A stretch of 64,000 nucleotides of DNA, taken from assembly GCA_051362555.1 (NCBI GenBank), contig CM120646.1, forward strand, positions 16,802,001-16,866,000, given 5' to 3'. The position numbers were made by a program, and so were the translations under genes. Source of the stretch: Lingula anatina (lineage: Eukaryota > Animalia > Brachiopoda). The notes beneath the pieces are model-generated. The model ran no database searches and was not told the DNA's origin. It saw only the letters and a list, made by a program, of their open reading frames with translations. Below are positions 41,578 through 54,371 of the stretch, one piece after another (positions within the stretch are counted from its first letter, which is position 1; every line of letters starts with the position of its first letter).

Positions 41578-41744
41578 CTCCCTGTACTTTGCGGGGGAAT
41601 GTCTGGTTGAAAAGTACAACAGGCACAATGATTGAAGTCTTATCAAACGCAATGGCAAATCTAATACGAGAAGCTTCATTTTTTTTAAACATTAAGAATT
41701 AATCTTCAAGCTAGAAGCAGCATGGGACTTATACGTGGATGTGT
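41578..41744 (+). repeat. Left copy of ~165-bp inverted repeat (partner 44999-45169)
   Basis: ...AAAAGTACAACAGGCACAATGATTGAAGTCTTATCAAACGCAATGGCAAATCTAATACGAGAAGCTTCATTTTTT...TTAAGAATTAATCTTCAAGCTAGAAGCAGCATGGGACTTATACGTGGATGTGT is the reverse complement of 44999-45135 with few mismatches; weaker match extends outward. Confidence 0.9.
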
Positions 41745-42793
41745 ATAACTAACTACCTGGTAGTTAGTAGGTCGCATTAAAACGACATTAAACATAACAA
41801 GCTTGTTATTAATATTTGGGTAAAGTTGCTTTCATGCGACCGGCTAACTACCTTTCCCTAGCCTAGCAGTGCTTATTTTTGCTGTAGTCATCTTCCGAAT
41901 GAACGTTATATTAAACACCATGTTTTATAAACTGATGGATTGTGGCAGATGTGCTCCGAAGCAATATACAAATACACGAAAGTTGCGCCAGAAGAAACCA
42001 AGAGTACAATGTATATTATTTACTATCACAGTTTTGATTATTGACGTCTCCTTAATCGATATTCAAAATTATTTGTTAAGAACACGTGAATGAATGCAGT
42101 TCCTCAGATTATTTAGTTTGTATTTTATTCCAAAGTCATGATCCCCATCGGACGGGGTTATTGAAGCGTACAAAACTTAATTGAGCTATAAAATGCAATT
42201 GTCTCTTAGCTATTTATACATACACATACATGCATTTAGCTAGTTTTAGAAAGGCTCGATACCAAGTTGCGAATAACAATAACTGAAGGTTGAAAGGAAG
42301 GAGGAAAATCTCGCTTCTCAAAAACCAAATTATAAAGCCACCAAAATGAAATGATTGTTGATTTACTGAAAAAATCCTTACACACTGGTAATTCTGTACA
42401 AGTCTAAATGGTTAACAGCGTGACCTGGTGTCAGTAACTCCAGTGAGACCTTTTTTGATTTTAATATCTTTTAGTTATCATAAAATGTTGAATACGTACC
42501 TGCGTTAGTCTACGTTTTTAACCAAGAAAAATGGAGAAGCCCACCACTACGCGTAAATTTACAACTTATATAAATGAACGGTTTTTTTCATAACGCCTCG
42601 TTACAGGTTAAATGAAAACATGAGATATACTCAGGAGTATCAGGGATTCTCCGTGCGATTTGTAAGCTGGGAAAAGTCGTGTTGTAGAATTTATACACCA
42701 TTGCAATGTACTTATTACCGTCCCAGCACATATTAGCCTAAGATAAACCTACATGTAAGTGCATAGAATAAGTGCCCATGGTGAATCCAAACG

Positions 42794-45700
42794 CTAACAG
42801 AGCATCATAGAATAAACTGCTATTATAATTGCCCCAGTCATCAACCAAATGGACATATGCCCGAAAGAGTTAGGTACTGCTGCAGCGCCGCTTGCAGCTT
42901 GCTCTGTATTACATTTGTCGCCGAAGCAGAAATAAACTCTACCGTTGACGGTTGAACCATATTTAGAATGCTGTAATTTCCCAATGTCCTTTGCGTATCC
43001 GGTAACGTCAGAGGAATACGAAGCAGATGATTTGGAAGGAGAACATCCTCTTTCTACGACGTCTGTTACAAAATCTTTGTCACCCTGAAACCAAGAAGAA
43101 ATGCAACATTAATGCACGAATGACACAAGCTCATAAATGATACACATGTGAGGTGATCATTTGTAAATGAAAGCACATGGAATAAGGGGTGGGACAACCT
43201 TTTTGACCAATTTGTATATTCTACCATTTTTGATTTGGCTTATGTTTTTTTACGCTTTTTTCATGCAATGGGCCGATAGTATCAGCATAAAAGGATGCAG
43301 CAAAAAGTTCTGAAAGAGAGCGATTAACATATCCAGGGAGGGCGGGTATAGGTTTTACATCTCATGTTGAACTTACCGCTGTATCCTTTATTGTCCACTG
43401 GGCGTCAGCAGTGAAGCAGGACCCAAGACACTCCACCGTCGAGAGCGTCACACCGTCCCTGCATTTGGCATCTGTCAGTGAGCGTTGGTCACTGTCCACC
43501 TTAACCCCTGGTAGCACTGCCTGGTTCGCGTAGGCCTCCACGTATGTGCATTTCAGGCAGGTATTTTCTGAAGAAAAATGCAGTATCAGTTCGAACAATA
43601 CATGTACAGGCCTACATGTACGTTAGGAATACAAAAATATGCACATACATGTATCTGCAAGCTCATATTTCATTCACATTTAGAAATAATTTCATTAGCA
43701 TAAAACGGACTAAATGTAGGGGAGACCGGGGCTAGTTGGACCCCGGGGTAAGTTGGCCCCCCGTCAATTTATAAAAAAGTAACCACGAGGTAAAAAGATT
43801 GGCCACATACTTTCGTAAAGTGACCTTAGCCTACAATGCTAAGGAAGTGTCGGACGTCAAAAAGTTTTACTTAAGCGGTGAGTCGAAATAAACGATTTTT
43901 GCACCTAAAAGTAATTTTGTTTACGAGATTTAAAAATCTATTTTCATAGGTTTTTGATCGAATATAATATATGTTTAGGGCATCAAACTGAAGCACATCG
44001 TTTCAAGTTTCACAGAGATGTATCATCGTTGCTCATTCTAGCACCATAAATGGCTGCCATCCTTTAAAATAAATAATGTGCACACGGGGCTAGTTGGCCC
44101 CATTGACTCGGGGCAAGTTGGACCCTCATATTACCCACAAACCTTTGCGAGCAACGCTGTTTGAAATAAACAAGTTGGTGAAATTGACAAAGCTTGCCGG
44201 TGTTTACCGTCTGATTGATTTTATTTAATTTGCTCTCTGGTGTCTTTTCAAAAATTTATATTAGAAATGTTCTGTTGATTGTATGTATTAAAAAGTAAAT
44301 CCATTGGAATTTCCTTAGAAAAACATTTATTTTGCCTTAATTCATTGTAATGGGATTCCCTTTGTATTTATAGTGTTATATGTGGCCCCAAGGGGATTTT
44401 CCACCCCTCCCTAGCTAGAGACCATTGTTGAAACAAACTCAATGGTTTAAAACTGAATTTGTTACTTTCTTTTAAAAAGAACATTTATTATTCGTTTTCA
44501 TTCATTAAAACCCTGCTTTATAGCATTATTAATTTATTCTTAATTAAAACAAAACAAATTTTATTGATAAATATTTTGGTTCTTGCAACACATACCCCCC
44601 CTCCTACACAACGTGACGTAAGGAAACCTCACTAAAACTGCCTCATTTGAACTATTTATTCATCAAAGACTCTCAAAAACCAATTTGATAAGTTAAAAAT
44701 GAATAAAAATGTATTTCAAGGCGTTTACATGGGATATATACTTCATTTTCGTATAGGGGGGCCAACTTGCCCCGACCCTGGGGCCAACTTGCCCCGTGGC
44801 GTCAACTGACGTCAACTGCGTTTTTTGTCAAATTGTGAGCCATCTGGCATTATATTTGAAAAATAATGACGTTGCATACGTAGCCTAGTTCATGGGGCTT
44901 ACTTTGAAACCGGTTTTGTTACTCTAACTCATTCCTAGTTGGCTCTACAAGGCCAAAAGTGTCTAACTGAGCCAACTAGCTCCGGTCTCCCCTACCAGAC
45001 ACATCTACGTATAAGTCCCGTGCTGCTTCTAGCTTGAAGATTAATTCTTAATTTTTTAAGAAAAAATGAAGCTTCTCGTATTAGATTTGCCATTGCGTTT
45101 GATAAGACTTCAATCATTGTGCCTGTTGTACTTTTAAAACCAGACATTTCCCACGCAAATGAAAGGGAGGCAAGGGGGTGGAACTCACATATAAAACTTT
45201 GCTTGCCAAATGCATATACGTTATTTTATATACATACTTCGACAGCCAACTCACTTTTACACGTAGGCGGCATGGGATCCCATCTGCGGTGCTGAGTACA
45301 CGTGGATTTGGCAGGACCCACGGCGTGATAGCCCGGCTCACATGTAAATGTACAGGTGCTGAAGATCTTGTGATCCTCGCTGCAGTGTGTCTTCCCATTC
45401 ATGATATCTGGAGACTGACACCAGATGTCCTGCTCTGAAAAGTGGAGAACAAGACACGCTTCATTTGCATTTGTCAAGAAATACCATGCGCTGAACAAAT
45501 TGCATGAAATCACTGAACAAATTGCATGAAATCATGAATATAAATCATGTTCACTATTATCCATCCATATATTTCTAAGTTCTGTGTAATCATTCGCACC
45601 CAAGACCCGGTTTTCAATTAACAAACACTGGAAATGAGATTTATTCCATGTGTTTCGTGAACTGCCGTACCCCATTTCTTTAATACACTGTATTAGTTGC

Positions 45701-48571
45701 CATGCCAATAAGGTGATCATGTTATATAGTATACCAAAAGAATACTTCTCATTTCTGTTTTATCACGTCAAGTTTAGCTCACGCCTAGTTTAAAAAGCAG
45801 TTCTTCTGCATGGCGTAATTCAATCAACATACTATTAAAACTCAGCACGAACGAGAGCACTCGCAACTCTTCAAACCGTGACTGAACATTTGAATCCATG
45901 AGGTCAACACTTTGTAAATGCTTGCTATTTTTTCTGAATCAACTTATTTTATATGTCTAATAAAGAGTTGTACTGAACGTCTTGAAATGTCACATTGAAT
46001 TGGCAAAACCTACAAGTAACGTCGGACTTCATGCAACTTTTATATGCGCATAATATGCTTTTCTGTCTTGCTTTTATCCTCAGAAAACCTTTTTCTGGAT
46101 TCGCCATTAGCTGTCTATATCAATTAAACTTCAGGTTCGTTTAACCGCTGTAATGCATATAAAACAAGCTTGCTACTCGATAACTATGCTTTGGAGTTTT
46201 TTCAAGCAGAAGTTTTGCCAGCAAACAGATGGAAAGGAAAGTAAACCAAAATAACCAACAGCGTTACCCAAAAATTAGCTCACCGAGCAATATTTCTGTC
46301 GTTATCAAAGAGAACTGACACTTTCTATGGTATTTACCAATGTAATCCAATGAAAGTGATATTTCCGAATTTAATTGCAAGAACAGATTGATTAACATTT
46401 TTATGGGAATGTTTAATTTCAAAAGTAATATATTGAACATTAATTTTTACGGACCCTGTGGTGATGCGTAAACAACATAACGATCAGCTCGGATGACTTA
46501 GTCACACGCAGGAAAAGGTTAATAAGCCTCTGTTTTGTGACCTCAACTTCAAGCTGCTTTGCCTTCTGTATACATGTATATCGTCTGACAAGAAACGTTA
46601 TATCTAACCCTGCATTGGAACAATATTTCTTTGTACGGTGCATATATATGTCCATGTATATACTTTTCTCTCTGACTTTCTGTGTAAATTGTTTCTACCG
46701 TCATTGCAATGACATCAGTGTCCTTTAAGGTGAAATTTAAGGGTTTTAGAGAAAAGCCAAGGCAAATAAAATATGCACTTTGCAGATAGGATAATTTATC
46801 TGTATTTGAGCACAGAATTTTATTTGAGTGATTGCGTAGTATTCAACACCATGTGCTAGCTGTCTGCTTGTATACGTCAGGTAGAATAAAACGTTGGCAC
46901 AGTTCTGAGTTCCTCGAGCTGAACAAAAACGCTAGCAACATGACAAATTATTGGCAACCAGATTGCTTATCACAAAATCTGTTTTTAGCAGAAGATGTAC
47001 CCCTTAGCAATATTACACTCCGGTATTTAATTCTTTAAAGCAAAATAGAAGTCTAAATGTTTTAATCACTCGAAAATACTCCTAACGAACACATTCTGCC
47101 AAAATAATAAGATCTTCTGAACAAATGTTTGTCCTTACTGTCACAGTGAGGTAGATAGGTCCATTCCTGGTTAGCCTGGCACGTGGCGGCCACGTGGGGT
47201 GGACCGTCCTGGGAGAACTCGAATCCCTCTTTACACCCAAACTGACATGTGGTTTCTACAGAGAAGTCCTCACCACGACAGTACCTGATGTTTCCATTTT
47301 CTACAAGTGGCTGAGGACACCAGTTGGCAAGCTCTGTAAAAAAGATCACATAACTGTGGTATAGTAAAAATTGAGTTTATAGTCTGATAACCTCAGCAAA
47401 TAAAATTAGCCGGATTTATACTATAATCTAAAATCAGAGAGTACATAGAGGAGACATCAATTGGGAACCCCTGCAATAGAGAGTAAATACGTGTGATACA
47501 GACGTCAATTGGAAAGCTCTGTAAAAGAAAGCTCATGTTTATTAGGGGAGGATCCAGGATTATTTTAAGGGGGAGGGGGGTCCGCAGATGCAAAGCCGAC
47601 CCCCTCCCCCATTGGCATAAAGTGCCGGGCCCGTTTAAGGGACCCGAAAAAATTGGGTATTTTACAGGGCAAACGGTGCCATCTGTTACGGTTTAGTACT
47701 AGAAATCAGCTAGTCAAAATTCTTATTCCAAAAGGGGAATATTAGTGTGGGTTTCTTTCAGAAACCGAAGGGGGGTCAGGACCCCCATGACCCCCCCTCT
47801 AAATCCACCACTGTTTGTAATGTGGTCATCATGCAGTTGAACAGCGTTTTCCTTCGGGTCGCTGTTGAATTTTAATGGGAAATTAATGAAAATATATGTT
47901 CCTTAACAAAATATTTATAAATCGACTTTTGTCTTTTCAGTTTGGTAATACGAATATATTAAATATTCAGGATAATCTGGAAATGATTCACTCACCAAAA
48001 GTCTGGTGTAAACATTTCATTAACTTCGCAGAAAACAGAAACTCTTCTACAGTACGTTAAGTAGAGCGGTTTTAACGGTCGGCCTGAGTTAACCTAGCAA
48101 TGCTTTGCTGAAGTAATAATAGTAAAGAAGTAAATGCCAAATTCTCAACGGCAACTTCGTCTGATAACATGGTATTTCTCCAGTGCTGTTTATATATGCA
48201 ACGAGTGGAAAAGAAGTGGCGAGTGACTGAGGGCGTCTGGATTATAAATATATGTATATACGAAGTGTTTATAACAGCACGTAAACCCCTTCAAAGTCAT
48301 ATACAGTTCTACTTCCACAGTTCTTTTTTTTTGCACAGCAAACGATTTGTTTTGTTTGACCCGTGGGCCATTCTCATATTTATTTAATTTAGAACAATTA
48401 TAGTACTAATATTTTGAATATATTTATTATAAATAAAATATTAAATTAGATATAACCATTAAAATACCAATTAAGTAAGAGGATCAGGCTATAAGTTTAA
48501 AATACGGTTGCAGTAGTTTCGTATCGTTTTCAATGGACAATTTGTTTATGATCAACAAATAACCTACACAG

Positions 48572-48602
<31 letters not shown>

Positions 48603-49461
48603 AGAGAGAGAGTGTGTGTGTGTGGGGGGGGGGGGGTTAAAGAAGGTGACAATGCTTTTTGCAATGCATAGGTGTGAAAAATACAAATGGACATGATATC
48701 ATCCATATACGTTACGTACATGTAGTTATGATTCTATGGTCTGTTTCCTGATATATTAAAATCGGTTTCCAAATAAAAAAAAAAAGAAAATCTGTAATAT
48801 TTTGTACTCAGTATAATCAAACAATGTAACTTACTCTGATCACACCATTCTCCGCTCCAGCCTTTGAAACACATACACTTATATACAGAACCTTCTGGGC
48901 GGGTGCGGCCGTTCTTGCAGTAGTTGGAGGCACCTAGAATAGTACAGAGGTATAAGAAATCTTACCCGCTCGGCAAATTGCCTTCACTGGCTCATTTATG
49001 GAAAATCAGGCTACTTATTGCATTTATTTATTTATAAACACCAGGGAGCTTGATTTCTTCGTCCGACAATGGTGATTTTTATATAATTTGGTGACTAAGT
49101 AAGCGAGTCAGGTGACGAATTGAAATGTGCACAACAAAAAGTGGCTTTGGAATGGCTCTTTTTAAAAAACCTGTCACAAAGTAAAGAATTATGGATTATT
49201 TACCATGTTTAACAATATATTGTAAAAAACGTGACAGCAGATTTGGTTATAGCATTATGTAAAATTTCTGCGGGGTGTCCTTAATCTTCACTAGGCGCTC
49301 CTCTGGGTTGCACTTGAAACGTATACAATCTACCCCCACTTAAAACGAAAAATGTAAATACGAGCTTTGTGCTTACCTGATGTGTTTGATTCCCATATAA
49401 TAGCGACAAGCACAGGAAGTATATTAAAGGATAATATTGACCGATTAGAAATAAACATCAT
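42794..49461 (-). CDS. GPI-anchored mosaic protein: signal peptide - EGF-like (4 Cys) - CCP/sushi - CCP/sushi - Ly6/uPAR - GPI signal, about 346 aa
   Basis: Exons: 49461-49377 (MMFISNRSILSFNILPVLVAIIWESNTS), 48933-48835 (GASNYCKNGRTRPEGSVYKCMCFKGWSGEWCDQ), 47333-47139 (CCP1 WCPQPLVENG..C..TCQFGCKEGF..ATCQANQEWTYLPHC), 45434-45255 (CCP2 WCQSPDIMNG..C..TCTFTCEPGY..STCTQHRRWDPMPPTC), 43567-43377 and 43084-42794 (TCLKC...KC...ECLGSCF...ERGC...FCFGDKCN, then SGAAA and hydrophobic tail). All junctions are GT-AG with phases 1-1-1-1-0, 1041 nt open. Joining into one transcript is inferred. Confidence 0.75.
43719..44992. mobile_element. Non-autonomous Tc1/mariner(pogo)-like DNA transposon, ~1.27 kb, intronic
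   Basis: TIRs GGGGAGACCGGGGCTAGTTGG / CCAACTAGCTCCGGTCTCCCC with TA on both flanks (43717-18, 44993-94). Subterminal GGGGC(A/T)AGTTGG repeats near 43745, 44086 and 44110, inverted near 44757-44795. No ORF. Confidence 0.85.
44999..45169 (-). repeat. Right copy of ~165-bp inverted repeat (partner 41578-41744)
   Basis: See partner; lies about 85 nt into the intron that follows the CCP2 exon. Confidence 0.9.
47543..47813. mobile_element. MITE of the CAGTGGCGGATCC-type with near-perfect 5-bp TSD
   Basis: Left TAGGGGAGGATCCAGG; right CCCCCCCTCTAAATCCACCACTG; flanks TTTAT / TTTGT. Confidence 0.65.
48575..48636. repeat. (CA)n(GA)n(GT)n(G)n compound microsatellite
   Basis: Read directly. Confidence 0.9.
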
Positions 49462-51136
49462 GTCTGAAAATGTGGCTAAATAATAGCATAAATACTTGTA
49501 GGTAATCGGCACCCAGACAGCTTAGATCATGCCACAACTTCAAACCGAGGCTCCGGTGAGGCTGTAAAATGGGGTCCTTGTGTTTGTGCAGCCTTTTTTG
49601 TATCATATTTTTGATCGAAAGTGCATTGATGATGATAGTGTGTCTATGCTGCGCAAACGACGTGATATATATGATGTGCAAACTATCCGATTATGTATTT
49701 TCCTCAAAGTTCGACGTTAATGCTGATATCAGGGATTTTTTGTTTCATCAACGATACGTCAACATTTCATTATCCTTTCTCTCTCTCTCTCTCTGTGTGT
49801 GTGTCGTTTCACCTTTACTGCCATACTAGTGTGGGCAGCGTATTTTGTTCTCCTTTATATTGCTGCAGTGAGTATTGCAGCTCAACTGGGGTACACAACA
49901 GGCTAAATGTCACAGCCTTGTAAACGAGTTCAACAGATGTTCCGTTTCTTTTCCTTCCATACAAGTTCCTTGAATGTCATTCTAGAGTTCTGCCTGTCCC
50001 TTTGCTTTTCGTATATTTTCTTTTTTATTTCATACCTTTTTGCTTTAAATGAGATCGATGATCGCAATAAGTATTCTGGGCTCCCGGTTTGGGCATAAAA
50101 ACGGTCCAGACTATTCAAAGATAATTAAAAAAGTCAGCCCCCAAATTCTTCACATCGTCTAACATTGGTCAGCTCTTTATTTCCGATGAAAAAAAGGTAA
50201 TCCACATGCAAAATGTAAATTCAGCTGTCATTAATTATGTTGTGCTTGGGATCGAAGAACTATACGCTTTTTGGGCGAAAGAGAAGTACACAAACTCAGA
50301 AAGCCAAGCCAAGAACATAGTTTAATATATTTATACCGATTTTTATAATTGCAACAACGAAGTTATATAGATTTTGTTTTTGCCTAACTTTTTAGAACAA
50401 AATGGTTCATTCTTTAAGATCCATTGTGGCCATCACATGTATTGACACAGCTTTATTCTGCGCATAAGTCTTCGCTATAGACCGATTTATAATACGACAC
50501 AGCTCATAGCGTCAGATTCCAAATATTTATTCATACCAAAACAATCAATACAGATGAATGTCACATTTGAATTTGATAGATTTTATTGCTTTGTTAAGTG
50601 AACAAAGATAAAACTGACATGACTGGGCGAAACATGTAACCGTTAAACACAAAGGGTGTATAATGGGCGTCTTTTAGCAGAGAATAATTCATATTGAAAT
50701 CTCCTTTATTAACTAAGGCCAGACAAAATTGGTAACTTGGTTACGGACCATGATCAGTCCTTATTTTGAAGACATTTTCTTCGCACTTCTTTTTTATCTT
50801 CAAATGAAAATATGCAATGGATATCAACTTGGAAAATGGGAGAAATGTATAATTAACCCCAAGAAAAAAATAAAAGCTGTTGTTTTTATTTGAGCTCCCT
50901 CCACCCCCTCAAAAAACACCTTAATACCATATGTTTAAAAACAAATTAAAAACAAATTCCGTCTAAGCACACTGTTTACAGAGTTAACCATCTCGTCCAT
51001 TTTGTTAAGCCTAAAAGCACACACCAATACAGCCAAAATTGTTCAGACAAAGACAGCCGCACGCAACAATAATGTACTGGTTATTAATAAAACGTTATCA
51101 TTTCTTTATTGCTACAGAGTTCAAGATGATGCAGCA

Positions 51137-51176
<40 letters not shown>
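51137..51176. repeat. (AAT)n microsatellite downstream of FReD copy A
   Basis: Read directly. Confidence 0.9.
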
Positions 51177-51177
<1 letters not shown>

Positions 51178-51246
51178 ACACTTCAATCAGCTCTCTCCCT
51201 CTCTCTCTCTAGAGCTCAACATGTGTATATTCCAGTACTCCTGTAG

Positions 51247-52901
51247 TCAAAAATGTATTGGCTTGATTTTCATGATTCCTTTTTTCAACAAACAGCCAGT
51301 ATCACAATTTATCCCTGTAACCCCAGCATATTTAAAGCAATGTGCTGGGAAGGAACATCCTGGGTGATCCGGGTGCATTCCCGTAAAAGAGGCTAATCCA
51401 CAACGGTCAAACCACCATCCGCCTTGGTATGTGCTTGCGCAGTTCTCTCCCCAATTGTCATTGTCTCTGTCGTGCGTGGTAAACGGCTGGCCGTTATGGT
51501 CACCAATACTATCTTGAGACACGTTGCCAACGAAGCTATTTGTATCCAGCTGCAGAGTGTAATTGTCACTTCCTGAGAAAAGGTAGAAATTATCGAACTC
51601 GACCCAGTAGGAATTGTTGTTATAGGATTCGAACTCAATTCTCAGTTTGTACGTCTTATTGTAGGTCATAAGGTGGACAATCTCATTTCCAAGCCAGTGG
51701 TCACCGGAAATGTCTCCAAATCCATCTTGGTACTCTGCCCAAGTACGATTAAATGACAGCTCAGGTCCAGTACGTCTGTAAATTACAGTCCAGCCATCTT
51801 CACACCACATAAAGCGAACTCTACCGGTGCTGGAATCAGGGTCTCTGATCGCTGTCACACCTTGAAATTAATCGCAATGAATTTGTTCAGCATTCATTCA
51901 AATATTGCTGAATTATTTTCCACGATCACTGCATAACACCTAGTTATTAGAATGTCCAAATGACCTAACATGTTTCTTTCATTTATCATATGTTTTCGGT
52001 AGCACCCAAATCATCTAATCCCGATATAATGAACTACTTCCCCGTATAGAAAACAAATTAACCTCTTTCCAGCAACGGGTTTCTTAGGTTTCCGTCACTC
52101 AAAATGGATCTATCTGAAGTTTTTATGACTAGTAATACTTTTTTATGAAAGAAAACTAAATATATATTTACCTTTGGGGTTAACAGAATTGCCATCGCAG
52201 CCCGGGAACACCTTTGGGAAGTGGTGGAGTAATAAAAAATTAGTACAAGTAGATAATTTTCTGAATTTGATTTGAATGCTTCACGTTTATAGCAACAAAT
52301 TTACTTGTGCATTCAGTTCAAAGTAAATAAACTTACACCAAATTTACCTTGAGCAAGGATGAAGGTAACATCATATTTGTATGACAGTGGTGATGAACAA
52401 CAGAAATAAAAGTGGATACCTTGGCATAATACCGCCTTCCTGTGTCAGAAACTGTTTTATTTAGGACGTAATTCATATTCCCTCTGTAGATAATACATTC
52501 AGTGCCCATGCTTGTTAAATCCAAGAGGTAAAAGTATTGGCAGTTTCCATATCGAAGGCAGATTAGTGCACAATTGATGTTGCTTCTAACAGTATAATGT
52601 TGTAGCTCGTCGTCAGTAGATTCAACCATGGAGGAAACCGAAACAAACCGGCCCAAGCTTTCCATAGACGTCGACTCGCAGATGATACCGGTAAGGAAAT
52701 CTAAAAACAAAGAATTGAGGAATCGATTCGAAAGTAACTCAAATATTAAATCTTCAATTTTTGAAACCAATTTAAGAAAGAAAAAAATGTGAATGGAGTA
52801 AAGATTTTAAGCCTTCGAATACAAGCTGTTTTCAATTTCAATTTAAAATGCATTCAACATTTACGTAGAACGACGGAACGGAGCAATGTCCTCCAAAACA
52901 T
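51247..52901 (-). CDS. Secreted PAN/apple + fibrinogen-related domain (FReD) protein, copy A, about 323 aa
   Basis: Exons 52901-52865 (MFWRTLLRSVVL), 52700-52420 (end of signal peptide plus PAN-like SNINCALICLRYGNCQYFY...ECIIY), 52211-52172 (VFPGCDGNSVNPK) and 51860-51247 (FReD: GWTVIYRR, FNRTWAEY..GFG, HWLGNE, FTTHDRDND, CA...GGWWF..C, MKIKP). 972 nt in frame. Confidence 0.92.
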
Positions 52902-54371
52902 ATTAAGTCTTTTGTCATGAAAATGTTTCATGAAATGTGTGTCCTGTGTAAGTGTCAAAACCCAATGGAATAATATTTTATAAGTCATAGATCTAAATAT
53001 ATTGTCGAGGCTGGAAAATGGAACCAGTTTCCTGAATCGACAGGATGAAAAAGAACGGCGTGTTTGTTCATTCCTCACAACAGCAAAGTTAGATGTGGAA
53101 ATAGTTATTTTATTTGACTAACACTAATGGAACCTCATAAGTTATATCCTGAAAGACAATGCCTTTTCATTGTCGATTTTATCACTCTTTGTTTTGCGTG
53201 CAGCTTTCCACTAAATACCGATTTACACACCACTGGATCAGGGAATCAAGTTCCAAACAGTTATTCACATGAAAACGAGAAACATTGATAAATGTTGCAT
53301 TTGCAATATCTTCAACAACTAAATTTGCTTTGTTTATTAAGTAATCAAACAAACATTCAAAACTGCTTTTTCCTAGGATGTTTAATGTAACTTTGTATTG
53401 AGAACAACTAATAGGTTTTATGTTATCAAAATGGTATAGAAATACGTATATAATTAGCTTTGCAAGGCGAGTGCAGACACGCAACAGAACTAACAGAACA
53501 AACATGTCAGCTTTTTCCTCCCCTCTCAATCTCTCCTGTCCACATGTGTAATCAGGTACATTGCCCCCATGGTCCAATATGTTTTAACATTTTTATAAAA
53601 CAAAAATCGCGAGTATATCTCACTTCGGGACTGTTACCGAGAAATTTCTTAAATATTTATTTGGAACATACTGAATCATCGGGTTAACATGGAGTTAAAT
53701 GTTTCTTGCACATAACCCTAATGCACCTTGGTGACGTTCCGCAACATTTGGTGGATGTATATTAAATTTTCACAGTTACAGGTAGAACTCAAATGACCAT
53801 GTCATGATGGCATTCTTTCTTCAAATATGTTGTCGAGACGACACTAGCGTCCCTCAGATATTTACAAGGTTTACATAAAAATTTTGATTACGGTCACAGC
53901 TCATGGATGCAAGTTCAAAATGTTTATTCGTACCTCAACAAACAATACCGATTTTCTTTGTTCAGTAGTCAAACATACCACCGTTATAACTGCGCATGCA
54001 AAGTAATTGTTACACACAAAGAGTGGAAAATGTTCGTCTTCCTGCTAAGAGCAATTCATATTGACAGCACCAAGATGAACAATGAGAATAAACGAACCTA
54101 ATTTTAAGGACATCAGATTTTTGCGCTTCTTTTTTGACTGATAGTTCCTGTATATGGTGCAAAGTAGTTGATAATCTACAAAATGAGAAAGTACCATTCT
54201 ATCTTTACTCTTTAAACATTATCAATCCACCATTGTCACAAACAGATGATGAAACAAAACAGTAGAAAATAATATTAACAATTTATATTTCAACCAGCTC
54301 TCTCTCGCCTTCTCTCTCAGGATTCTAGAGCTCTCTTTTCTCAGCATATGCGCATGTATATGCCCCTGTAG

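Noticed and set aside
47996-48170. Alternative first exon for the mosaic gene (MLSDEVAVENLAFTSLLLLLQQSIA..., or MKCLHQTF ending at the GTGAG donor)
   Set aside because: The first ORF stops at codon 33 with no phase-1 donor, and the second has no signal peptide. The 49461-49377 exon fits better.
53182-53577. 131-aa ORF upstream of FReD copy A
   Set aside because: No comparable open frame exists in the paralogous regions upstream of B and C, consistent with non-coding flank.
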